DNA from: Patescibacteria group bacterium
GTDB taxonomy: Bacteria; Patescibacteriota; Patescibacteriia; Veblenbacterales; UBA10138
Assembly: GCA_018817715.1 (NCBI GenBank)
Contig: JAHITT010000004.1
Span: 125,784-189,783 of the forward strand
Length of the DNA stretch: 64,000 bases
Direction of reading: 5' to 3'
Positions 56,180-64,000 of the stretch are shown here, one piece after another (within the stretch, counting starts at the first letter, position 1; every line of letters begins with the position of its first letter). The position numbers were made by a program, and so were the translations under genes. The notes under the pieces are model-generated. The model made no database searches. It was not told the DNA's origin and was given only the letters and a program-made list of their open reading frames with translations.

Positions 56180-57514
56180 ATGCCAGAAAAAAAACACCGT
56201 TCAACAACTAGTCAAAAAAAACAACCAGTTGTTAAAAAAACCATTTCTAAACAGCCGGCTAAACCAAAACCAACGACTAAAAGAAAAAAACCACTCCGCC
56301 GTCCTAAAAAACCAGCACCCAAAAAAGTAACATCGGCCAAACCTTCGGTGGGGGCCAAAACAATCCAACCAATTACAGAAAATAACTTCCCGCCAGCCAC
56401 TTTAACTTACCAAAAAACACCCACTAGCTATTGGAGTTGGTTAATTGGTTTTACTATAGTGGCTTTAGCTTTACTAATTGTTTCCGGTTTAATATCCATA
56501 TTTTCTTTTTCTAATAATTTTAAAAAAAACTCACCCTTAGCCCCGACGCCGCCTGTCCAAGACTCCTTACTTCAACCAGCTTTAACAGCCTTAGCCCCTT
56601 TAACTGGACTTAAAACCGATGAAGTTTCAGCTAGACGTCGACCTTGGGCAATAATTATAGAAAATTTTCCAACCGTCAGGCCCCAAAGTGGCCTATCTTT
56701 CGCTGATGTGGTAATTGAATCACCAACTGAAGGTGGCATTACCCGTTTTGCTGCTATTTTCCAAAGTCAATTGCCCACCGGCCAAATTGGCCCAATTCGT
56801 AGTGCCCGCTCTTATTTTAATGATTGGCTAAGACCTTTAGCTCCTTTTTTTAGCCATTCTGGTGGCAGTACCAAAGCCTTGCAACAATTAGCCAAAGGCT
56901 ATGGTGATATTCAAGACGTTAATGAATTTTATAACGGTTCAGCTTACCAAAGAAACAATTCATTAAACGCTCCACACAATCTTTTTACCACGGCGGAAAA
57001 ATTCTTTAGTTATGTCCAACAAAAAAATTGGCCTAGCCAACAGAACATACAACCACTTAATTTTTCCACTAACTATCAGCCGGGCCAACCAGCCAATCAA
57101 ATAATGATTCCCTACCAACCCGAAGAATATACTGTCACCTACCAATACTTACCTGAAAGCAAAGTTTACCAGCGCAGTTTAATGGGTGTAAAACAAACTG
57201 ATGCCAGCAACAACCAACCAATCCTGGTAACCAATGCTATAGTCCTAGCTACCGACATTGATCCTATACCTAATGACGAACTAAAAAGAACCGAACTTAG
57301 AACTTTGGGCACGGGTACAGCTTGGTTATTCACTAATGGCCAAATTTATAAAGGCCAATGGCGCAAAGACAAACCAGACAGTTACTTAGAATTCGTTGAT
57401 TCATCTGGCCAACCCCTACCTTTGCAACCTGGTAATACTTGGATTTCGGTAATTGATAACAGTCTGCTTAAAGATATAAAAATAGACAGTCTGCTACCCA
57501 GTCTTGAATCTTAA
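56180..57514 (+). CDS. Membrane-anchored protein with a Lys/Pro-rich N-terminus and a DUF3048 (YerB-like) domain.
   Basis: 444 aa. A basic, K/P-rich N-terminus and a TM are followed by a domain starting RRPWAIIIENFPTVRPQSGLSFADVV..., reminiscent of the DUF3048 family. Confidence 0.4.
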   Translation: MPEKKHRSTTSQKKQPVVKKTISKQPAKPKPTTKRKKPLRRPKKPAPKKVTSAKPSVGAKTIQPITENNFPPATLTYQKTPTSYWSWLIGFTIVALALLIVSGLISIFSFSNNFKKNSPLAPTPPVQDSLLQPALTALAPLTGLKTDEVSARRRPWAIIIENFPTVRPQSGLSFADVVIESPTEGGITRFAAIFQSQLPTGQIGPIRSARSYFNDWLRPLAPFFSHSGGSTKALQQLAKGYGDIQDVNEFYNGSAYQRNNSLNAPHNLFTTAEKFFSYVQQKNWPSQQNIQPLNFSTNYQPGQPANQIMIPYQPEEYTVTYQYLPESKVYQRSLMGVKQTDASNNQPILVTNAIVLATDIDPIPNDELKRTELRTLGTGTAWLFTNGQIYKGQWRKDKPDSYLEFVDSSGQPLPLQPGNTWISVIDNSLLKDIKIDSLLPSLES

Positions 57515-57561
57515 ATAAAGCCGTGTTAAAATCTGTTCTACCCTAATTAAACAGGGTTTAT

Positions 57562-57636
57562 GGCGGCTATAGTTCAATGGTAGAACACTGGTTTGTGGTA
57601 CCAGTTACGAGGGTTCGATTCCCTCTAGTCGCCCCA
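57562..57636 (+). tRNA. tRNA-His (anticodon GTG) with the extra 5' G(-1), and CCA encoded.
   Basis: G-1 pairs with C73. Acceptor GCGGCTA/TAGTCGC, anticodon stem CTGGT/ACCAG with loop TTGTGGT, T-arm GAGGG-TTCGATT-CCCTC, then C-CCA. Confidence 0.85.
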
Positions 57637-57717
57637 CAAAGGACATCAGTGTTGACTGGTGTTTTTTGTTTAACTAATAAGCTTTTTTCGGTTCTGATTG
57701 AGTGGTATAATTTACTT

Positions 57718-58110
57718 ATGCTAGCTGAGATAGAAAAAGTTCCTCTCTGGAAAGAGGACGAACGAGGTAAGGCTTATCAATTCTCAACTCGAGAGAGTAG
57801 TTTTTATATTGCCCTCTACCGCCGCAAAGGGACCACGAGTGGTGACCATTACCACAAGGGAACAATTAAATCTAAATCTCCCGAGATATTTTATTTTATT
57901 GACGGTAAAGCAGAATTACACCTCAAAGACCAGAAAAGCGGGCTTGAAGAAAGGCACATCATAGAGCCTGGTACCAAAATCCAAATACCGCCCAACATTT
58001 ACCACTCGTTCAGGGCCTTAACTGATATTATCCTAATCGAGTTTAATGTTAGTAAGAGCGACTTTGAAAACTACGAGGCCGATACAATTAAGCTTAACCC
58101 ACACCAATAG
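57718..58110 (+). CDS. Cupin-fold protein.
   Basis: 130 aa with the start trimmed so it does not overlap tRNA-His. It has the cupin motifs (GDHYHKGT...YFIDG...IIEPGTKIQIPPNIYHS). A TGgTATAAT extended -10 box ends 7 nt upstream of the ATG, so the mRNA may be leaderless. Confidence 0.5.
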   Translation: MLAEIEKVPLWKEDERGKAYQFSTRESSFYIALYRRKGTTSGDHYHKGTIKSKSPEIFYFIDGKAELHLKDQKSGLEERHIIEPGTKIQIPPNIYHSFRALTDIILIEFNVSKSDFENYEADTIKLNPHQ

Positions 58111-58382
58111 CGGTAAATACAGTCACGACTTTACCCCAATCCACCCCAAGAAAAATAGCTTTCTCGCCTGCCGAGGAGGCTATTTTTCTTTGTAGGAATT
58201 ACTTAGGGAATCAAAGGGTACGGATAAAAAGTGAACTGCTTCACTTTTTAGACGACCCCGGTCTCTGGAGGAGAAACGAGCGTTGCCCCACGAATGTGGG
58301 GCCGCGAGATTCGGGGGAATAGGATTTCTTGCTCTAACCACCACATCAAAAAGAAAATTGATTTAGTTTATTTACACGATCT

Positions 58383-58685
58383 CTAACTCTTAACTCGCCA
58401 ACGATAATAGGCCACCAAGATTAAACTAAGACTGGTAATAATCAAACTTATCAAATTAGAAACAAAGATGCTCATCACCCGATTGCGCCAAGCATCATAA
58501 GTAATAATAGCAATACCAGCCACGGTTAAAGCATACATAGCTAAACTAATATCAGCGCTGCTTTTTCTTTTAAGCAAACGATAAATCTGTGGCAAACCAG
58601 AAATAGTAAAAAAAACCGCTGGCAAATAATAAAACATTTGTCCCATAATTTTATAGCTTATCCTAATTATTCTAAATAATAACAC
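58383..58685 (-). CDS. PQ-loop/SemiSWEET-like small transporter with 3 TM helices.
   Basis: About 100 aa with the motif SGLPQIYRLLKRK (PQ-loop) and three hydrophobic helices. The start may instead be the internal MGQMFYY ATG at 58646. Confidence 0.5.
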   Translation of the reverse strand: MLLFRIIRISYKIMGQMFYYLPAVFFTISGLPQIYRLLKRKSSADISLAMYALTVAGIAIITYDAWRNRVMSIFVSNLISLIITSLSLILVAYYRWRVKS

Positions 58686-58803
58686 ATTTAAATTTAAAAA
58701 ATACCCCTATAACACATTGACTGAGCGACTAAAAAATGGTAATGTTGGCTTCGGAAGAAATTGTCCTTATTGTAAGGCAATTTTTTCGCATTTGGACAAT
58801 TTT

Positions 58804-59997
58804 ATGAAAATACTGTTTAATGGCTATCAAAATTTATTGCCACCACGCAACGGTCACCACTATGGCGGACCGCAAAGTTTTACTAATTCCTTTATTAATT
58901 ACTTGAAACAAAAAACCAATCACACCTTCACGGCTATTATTTTAAGAAGTGACCAAAGAATCAAAGGCTCTGACTTAAAAATTAAAAAAACTAAAGAAGG
59001 CCCAAATAACTGGCTAACTATTCGGGCCAATTTAAAAATTAAAAAAATCATTAAAGCCTCAACAACCACCTTACCTTATGGCTATCAAGCAATTATTAAA
59101 AAATTGACTGCCGAGATAAAAAATATTCAACCAGATGTTATTTTATTTAATGGTTTTTCCGTACCTAATTGGTATTTGTTAAAAGCTGCTCACCAAAGTG
59201 GTTTGCCCATTTTAGTTGCCCATCACGGTTTATGGTTTAAAGACATTCAAGCCACTGGCCAGTTATATAGCAACTCTGGTAAAAAATTAGCCTTAAAAAT
59301 GGAAAAAGATATTTATCTATTAGCTGATCAACAAATATTTTTTAATGATTTTAGTCAAAAAATTTTTACTACTAAAATTGGGGGTTTTTTCGCAAATAAA
59401 ATAAACTACCTACCTCTACCCTATAATACTGTTTACTTAAATAAGAAAAAACCAGCCACGGCTAATAGTAAAATATTAAAAATCGGCTTAATCGGCCGTT
59501 GGGATAATATAAAAAATCACCGCGCCTTTTGGCAACTGGCTAAAACAACTACTAAACAAAAATTACCTTGGAAATTTTATTCCGTTACCCATTGGCCAGA
59601 CAATAAACCACTTAATAATCTGCAAAAAAAATATAAAAAACATATCCAACTAGTCGGCCAAATGACGCCAGCTAAACTTAAAAAATTTTACCAGTCTATG
59701 AATCTACTAGTCCTACCCTCACATTTTGATGTGTCACCGACGGTTGTTATGGAAGCGGCTTTGCAAAATCGTCTAACCCTTATTTCGGCTAATGTCGGCT
59801 GGGTAAGTATTTATAAAAAATTCGGTTTAAACAAATTAATTGCTAACTTTAATCAACCTAAACAAATTATCAATCTCATAAAAAATAATACTAAACAACC
59901 GGCGCCAACAAAATTTTATAATTACATAAAAACCCAACATCATCCCAGTGAAGTGTTTAAAAAATATTTAAAACTAGCTTCCCTAGCTAAAAAATAG
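58804..59997 (+). CDS. Glycosyltransferase, GT-B fold, family-4-like.
   Basis: The C-terminal sugar-donor region reads PSHFDVSPTVVMEAALQNRLTLISANVG (EX7E-like). The start is taken at the MKILFNG ATG (the track ORF begins at 58717). Confidence 0.5.
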   Translation: MKILFNGYQNLLPPRNGHHYGGPQSFTNSFINYLKQKTNHTFTAIILRSDQRIKGSDLKIKKTKEGPNNWLTIRANLKIKKIIKASTTTLPYGYQAIIKKLTAEIKNIQPDVILFNGFSVPNWYLLKAAHQSGLPILVAHHGLWFKDIQATGQLYSNSGKKLALKMEKDIYLLADQQIFFNDFSQKIFTTKIGGFFANKINYLPLPYNTVYLNKKKPATANSKILKIGLIGRWDNIKNHRAFWQLAKTTTKQKLPWKFYSVTHWPDNKPLNNLQKKYKKHIQLVGQMTPAKLKKFYQSMNLLVLPSHFDVSPTVVMEAALQNRLTLISANVGWVSIYKKFGLNKLIANFNQPKQIINLIKNNTKQPAPTKFYNYIKTQHHPSEVFKKYLKLASLAKK

Positions 59998-60000
59998 ACT

Positions 60001-61059
60001 ATGAAAATCGCCCAATTAGTTTCTAATTACCATCGTGTCAGTCCCAGCACCAAACAAGCCATTTATTCCCTAGTGGCCGCTTTAAGTAATGGTTTAACTA
60101 AACAAAATAATGAAGTAACCCTCTTCGCCAGTGGCGATTCTATTAGCCAAGCTAAATTAATCTCGGTAACTGCCAGCGCCACTTATAAATTGAATCTGGA
60201 TGAACCAATGAAACGTTATCATTTGCATAATCTCATTTCCGAATGCTACAGACAGGCAGATAGTTTTGATATTATTCATTCTCATTTTAATTTATTATCT
60301 TCTTTTTACGCCGACTTAGTAAAAACGCCCAGCCTTAAATCCTTGCACAGTCCGATTAATACCGAGCTAAAACCCTTGCTAAAAAAATTCAAGCACCATA
60401 ATTACATATCTTTTTCTTTGGCCCAGCGCAAACAAATGCCCGAACTTAACTGGGTAGCCAATATTTATCATGGCGTGGATACCCACAAATTCAAATTCAA
60501 ATTGCGACCAAAAAATTATTTGATGTATTTAGGTAGAATTACCGAAGACAAGGGTGTCCACTTAGCTATTGAAGCGGCCCAAGCCGCCAAATTACCACTA
60601 GTCATTGCCGGTATGAGCTACGAAAACGAAGGCTATTGGCACAACGCCATTGAATCTAAGATTGATGGCAAAAATATTATTTATGCTGGCCAATTGGATT
60701 TTGATACTAAAATAGAATACTTAAGGAATGCCCGTGGCTTACTGTTTCCCACTCAATACGATGAAGTATTTGGTCTGGTAATGATAGAAGCTATGGCTTG
60801 TGGCACACCGGTTATCGGTTGGAAAAGTGGTTCCGTACCAGAAATAATTCAGCACAAACAAACCGGCTATGTGATTAAAAGTGTGACCGAAATGGTAAAA
60901 GCTATAAGCCATTTAGGTAAAATTAACCGTCAAGCTGCTCGTCAACGAGTGGAAAACTTATTCAGCATAGAAAAAATGGTACTTGGTTATGAAAAAGTTT
61001 ATCAACGCATAGTAGAAGAACACCGCCAGCAGGCCGATAAAAACAACCTAACCAAATAA
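60001..61059 (+). CDS. Glycosyltransferase family 4 (group 1).
   Basis: 352 aa with GRITEDKGVHLAIEA...FPTQYDEVFGLVMIEAMACGTPVIGWKSGSVPEII, the canonical GT4 C-terminal motif. Confidence 0.8.
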   Translation: MKIAQLVSNYHRVSPSTKQAIYSLVAALSNGLTKQNNEVTLFASGDSISQAKLISVTASATYKLNLDEPMKRYHLHNLISECYRQADSFDIIHSHFNLLSSFYADLVKTPSLKSLHSPINTELKPLLKKFKHHNYISFSLAQRKQMPELNWVANIYHGVDTHKFKFKLRPKNYLMYLGRITEDKGVHLAIEAAQAAKLPLVIAGMSYENEGYWHNAIESKIDGKNIIYAGQLDFDTKIEYLRNARGLLFPTQYDEVFGLVMIEAMACGTPVIGWKSGSVPEIIQHKQTGYVIKSVTEMVKAISHLGKINRQAARQRVENLFSIEKMVLGYEKVYQRIVEEHRQQADKNNLTK

Positions 61060-61068
61060 ACCTTAATT

Positions 61069-61881
61069 ATGTCTGGACAAAAAAATAAACTAGGTTTGGC
61101 TTTGGGTAGTGGTGGACCAAGAGGCTTAGCACATATTGGCGTACTTAAATTTTTAATTTCCAAAAACCTAAAACCAAACTTTTTAGCCGGCAGTAGTATA
61201 GGTGCCTGGGTGGCGGCGCATTATGCAGTGCACGAAAACATAGACAAACTTATTCAAGACACTCTGGGTAATAAGTGGGAAAAATTTTATTCATTATTAG
61301 AACCTGCTTGGTCTAGCGGGTTAATTCAAGGGCACCGACTAGAAAAATTATTACAGAATTTTTTGGGCACACCTAATTTCGAAGATTTAAAAATACCCTT
61401 AACTATAGTAGCCACTGATTATCAAACCGGCCAAATTATTAATATTAATTCTGGCCCTCTATTAACTGCTCTACGTGGCAGTATGGCCGTACCGCCGATT
61501 TTCCAACCAGTTAAATATCAAAATTATTTTTTAATAGACGGCGCCCTAAGCAATCCTGTACCAGTCCAATCTTTAAAAGCCATGGGGGCCAACCAAATAA
61601 TCGCTGTTAATCTAAACCAATTAATTTCTGATCCAGAAACTAAAATTGATTTAAAGCCCTCCTTAACCCAAACCAGTCGCCGCAGTTTAAATATTATACA
61701 CCATCATTTAGCTGATTTATCTTGCGCGGCAGCTGACGTTGTAATAACTCCCCAACTAAAAAACAATGGCTTTAAATCTTGGCGACAATATTTTACCGGC
61801 GATCACCACCAACAAATTATTGAACAAGGTTTTTTGGCTACCGAAACTAATTGGCCAAAAATAAAAAACCTGCTTAATTAA
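61069..61881 (+). CDS. Patatin-like phospholipase.
   Basis: 270 aa with the motifs GSGGPRGLAHIGVL (GxGxxG), GSSIGA (GxSxG nucleophile) and DGALSNPVP (DGA catalytic Asp). Confidence 0.8.
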   Translation: MSGQKNKLGLALGSGGPRGLAHIGVLKFLISKNLKPNFLAGSSIGAWVAAHYAVHENIDKLIQDTLGNKWEKFYSLLEPAWSSGLIQGHRLEKLLQNFLGTPNFEDLKIPLTIVATDYQTGQIININSGPLLTALRGSMAVPPIFQPVKYQNYFLIDGALSNPVPVQSLKAMGANQIIAVNLNQLISDPETKIDLKPSLTQTSRRSLNIIHHHLADLSCAAADVVITPQLKNNGFKSWRQYFTGDHHQQIIEQGFLATETNWPKIKNLLN

Positions 61882-62162
61882 AAAGTGTCTCCTCTTAATT
61901 CTCGCCGACTGGCGAAAAATCTAAAAAGAGACACCAAGATATTTTCTGACTGACTTTCTTTACTGCATTTCTTCTTCACTGGCTTCAGTACCACAGGTGC
62001 ATGGCTCATTACCGCATACTGGGCAAATGTCCATCATATAACTTTTCCTTATGCCTGCTGGCCAATTAATTGGCAGCAGAATTAAGATTAAGGGCCTTAC
62101 TAAGGCCTTTTTATATTAGCATATTGACCTTAAAAATAAACCCCGCCAAAACATTGCTTTAA

Positions 62163-62546
62163 GTGGCTAAAATGTTAATCTTAAAACATATGAAAAATCA
62201 ACCAACTAATCAAAGCAACGAAGGAATTGAACTACTTTATACTAAAGATTGCCAAGCTTGGCCAACTACTCTAGTTAACCTTAAAAAAGCCTTAGCCGAA
62301 CTTAAAGTAACAGATAAACCTAAAATAATTAAAATAAACACTATTATTGAGGCCCAATTGTACAATTTTTTTGCTTCACCAGCCATTCATATTAATGGCC
62401 AAGATATTGATCCGACTGCTAGGCGCTCCCATAAACGGGGCCTAGGCTACGGCCGACCTTATTTTTACAATAAATCCAGCCACCCTTACCCCAGCGTTGA
62501 ACAAATTAAATCCGCCCTGCAAAAACTATATTTTGATAAAGTTTAA
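62163..62546 (+). CDS. Hypothetical small protein, possibly with a thioredoxin-like fold and a single Cys.
   Basis: A 127-aa ORF. The only Cys is in YTKDCQAW, and an SPAIHINGQ stretch is also present. There is no clear family assignment. Confidence 0.3.
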   Translation: MAKMLILKHMKNQPTNQSNEGIELLYTKDCQAWPTTLVNLKKALAELKVTDKPKIIKINTIIEAQLYNFFASPAIHINGQDIDPTARRSHKRGLGYGRPYFYNKSSHPYPSVEQIKSALQKLYFDKV

Positions 62547-62588
62547 TATTTAGGTACACTATTAATACTCAAGACTAACAAAAAATTT

Positions 62589-63626
62589 ATGCCTAACTCT
62601 TCTTTGGAACAATTATTCAGTCAAGCAGCTGAAGCTGGAGCCTCCGATCTTCACTTAGTGGCTGGCCAACCGCCAGTCATTAGATTACATGGCGCCTTAA
62701 AACCTATAAACGAAGGTGTCCTAAACGCCGATGTTCTACAAAAAATAGTTTATGGCATACTCAGTCCGGAAATAAAAACCAAACTAGAAAAAAATCGTGA
62801 ACTAGATACTTCCTACCAAATTAGTGATGGTACCCGTTTTAGGGTGAACGTTTTTTACGAAAAAGGTAATTTAAGTTTAGCCGCCCGAGTAATTCCCACC
62901 ACCATTCCCAGCCCAGAAGAATTATACTTACCAGAAGTTGCTCAAAATCTTACCAAATTAAATCATGGTTTAGTTTTAGTTACTGGGCCAACTGGCTCGG
63001 GTAAATCTACTTCCATTGCCTCTTTAATCGAAATGATTAATCAGCAAAGGAATTTAAATATAATAACTCTAGAAGATCCAATCGAATTTCTGTTTGAATC
63101 CAAAAAAAGCCTAATCCAACAAAGACAACTGGGCACGGATATGCTGTCCTTTGCTGAGGGGCTAAAGCATGTTTTAAGGCAGGATCCTAATGTTATTATG
63201 ATTGGCGAAATGCGCGATCTAGAAACCATTTCTACCACTTTAACCTTAGCCGAAACCGGTCACTTGGTATTTGCCACCTTGCATACCAATAACGCTGCCG
63301 AAACTATTGATCGTATCGTGGATGTTTTTCCACCCCACAAACAAAACCAGGTTCGCCTTCAACTATCCCTTTCCTTACAAGCTGTGGTTTCACAAAGACT
63401 ACTGCCCTTACTAGCCGGTGGCCGACGAGCAGCCTTTGAAGTCTTAATAAATAATCCAGCTGTTGCCAACCTCATAAGAGAAAATAAAATAGGCCAGATA
63501 AAATCTGTTATCCAAACCAGTGCCGACCAAGGTATGATAACCTTAGAAAGATCAGTTAAAGATTTATTGCAACAAGGTTTAATAAATGAAGAAATAGCCA
63601 GTCGACACATTAATCTGGAAGACTAG
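62589..63626 (+). CDS. pilT: Type IV pilus retraction ATPase PilT (twitching motility protein).
   Basis: 345 aa with the Walker A motif GPTGSGKST, the Asp box IITLEDPIEF, the Walker B motif IMIGEMRDLET and the His box FATLHTNNA. Confidence 0.85.
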   Translation: MPNSSLEQLFSQAAEAGASDLHLVAGQPPVIRLHGALKPINEGVLNADVLQKIVYGILSPEIKTKLEKNRELDTSYQISDGTRFRVNVFYEKGNLSLAARVIPTTIPSPEELYLPEVAQNLTKLNHGLVLVTGPTGSGKSTSIASLIEMINQQRNLNIITLEDPIEFLFESKKSLIQQRQLGTDMLSFAEGLKHVLRQDPNVIMIGEMRDLETISTTLTLAETGHLVFATLHTNNAAETIDRIVDVFPPHKQNQVRLQLSLSLQAVVSQRLLPLLAGGRRAAFEVLINNPAVANLIRENKIGQIKSVIQTSADQGMITLERSVKDLLQQGLINEEIASRHINLED

Positions 63627-63771
63627 CCAAAATAAAAGACTTCCCGACTTGAAACCAAACAAACTTTATGTTACTTTGGGTGATGCTTTGATAAAGCATC
63701 TAAGGCTTCTTATCGACCCGTTCTTTTAAAAATTAACCAATCATTAAATCAAATACCATCTATCTAATTAG

Positions 63772-63843
63772 GCCCTCGTGGTGAAATGGATATCACGGCT
63801 GGCTTCGGACCAGTTATTGGGGGTTCGAATCCCTCCGGGGGCA
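63772..63843 (+). tRNA. tRNA-Arg (anticodon TCG), with no CCA encoded.
   Basis: Acceptor GCCCTCG/CGGGGGC (one G-U pair), D-arm GTGA-AATGGATA-TCAC, anticodon stem GCTGG/CCAGT with loop CTTCGGA, T-arm GGGGG-TTCGAAT-CCCTC. Confidence 0.7.
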
Positions 63844-63871
63844 AAATAATTAGCAGCCATCTAGTAACTTA

Positions 63872-63946
63872 GGGTCGTTAGCTCAATGGTAGAGCAGCTG
63901 CCTCTTAAGCAGTTGGTTACAGGTTCGAGTCCTGTACGACCCACCA
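63872..63946 (+). tRNA. tRNA-Lys (anticodon CTT), with CCA encoded.
   Basis: Acceptor GGGTCGT/ACGACCC, D-arm GCTC-AATGGTA-GAGC, anticodon stem GCTGC/GCAGT with loop CTCTTAA, T-arm ACAGG-TTCGAGT-CCTGT, then A-CCA. Confidence 0.85.
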
Positions 63947-64000
63947 AACGCTAAAAAATAATTACAGTTTATAGTCAGTAATTATTACTATATAAACTAC

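Noticed and set aside
57577-57717. The N-terminal 47 codons of the track ORF 57577..58110.
   Set aside because: They overlap tRNA-His (57562..57636). The protein-like cupin sequence starts at the internal ATG at 57718, just downstream of a TGgTATAAT box.
58717-58803. The N-terminal 29 codons of the track ORF 58717..59997.
   Set aside because: The glycosyltransferase homology begins at MKILFNG (58804). The upstream part lies in the divergent promoter region.
1-64000. An alternative genetic code (UGA recoding, as in some CPR lineages).
   Set aside because: Long ORFs, including the 3475-codon gene, are intact under the standard code, and known proteins (glyA, leuS, pnp) are full length without in-frame TGA.

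Overview
This is a low-GC, gene-dense bacterial window that uses the standard genetic code; UGA recoding is excluded because ORFs stay intact up to 10.4 kb. Its features look like a small-genome candidate-phyla-radiation (CPR)/Patescibacteria-like organism: S15 with a C-terminal tail, a lone Xer recombinase and minimal metabolism. Housekeeping genes are murI (partial), a phosphohexomutase, glyA-folD, riboflavin kinase, recG, radA, ksgA, tsaC, leuS, lspA, a dksA-like gene, rpsO-NYN-pnp, two glycosyltransferases, a patatin gene, pilT and comM. Five tRNAs are present: Arg-GCG, Arg-TCT, His-GTG, Arg-TCG and Lys-CTT.

The main feature is a co-directional minus-strand cluster of about 26 kb (15463..41457). 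It resembles a Gram-positive-type type IV secretion (T4SS) or conjugation-like apparatus. Its genes encode:
- a VirB4-family ATPase (Walker A, DPEMEY, DEAW);
- a VirB6/TrbL-like polytopic membrane protein with a ~600-aa coiled-coil tail;
- small PrgI/VirB3-like and VirB8-like membrane proteins;
- two paralogous Cys-rich secreted proteins that share an almost identical VirB2/TrbC-pilin-like two-helix membrane hairpin (the ~177-bp encoding segment is near-identical at nucleotide level); one of these carries a C-terminal M15/VanY-type peptidoglycan peptidase domain;
- a DsbA-type oxidoreductase;
- a membrane-anchored beta-propeller;
- a membrane-anchored DxDxDG calcium-binding protein;
- a giant 3475-aa secreted protein with fibronectin type III (FN3)-like and EGF-like Cys-rich modules.

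No relaxase or coupling protein lies in the window. The cluster is therefore a candidate surface/host-interaction or DNA-uptake machine rather than a classical conjugative element.

Other notable items:
- a ~900-bp mini-cassette between recG and radA, flanked by repeats, with a consensus sigma70 promoter, a candidate ~100-nt sRNA/attenuator, a 105-aa ORF and a terminator;
- a higher-GC gene with a pilin-like N-terminus downstream of tRNA-Arg;
- several terminator-delimited candidate small RNAs or micro-ORFs.
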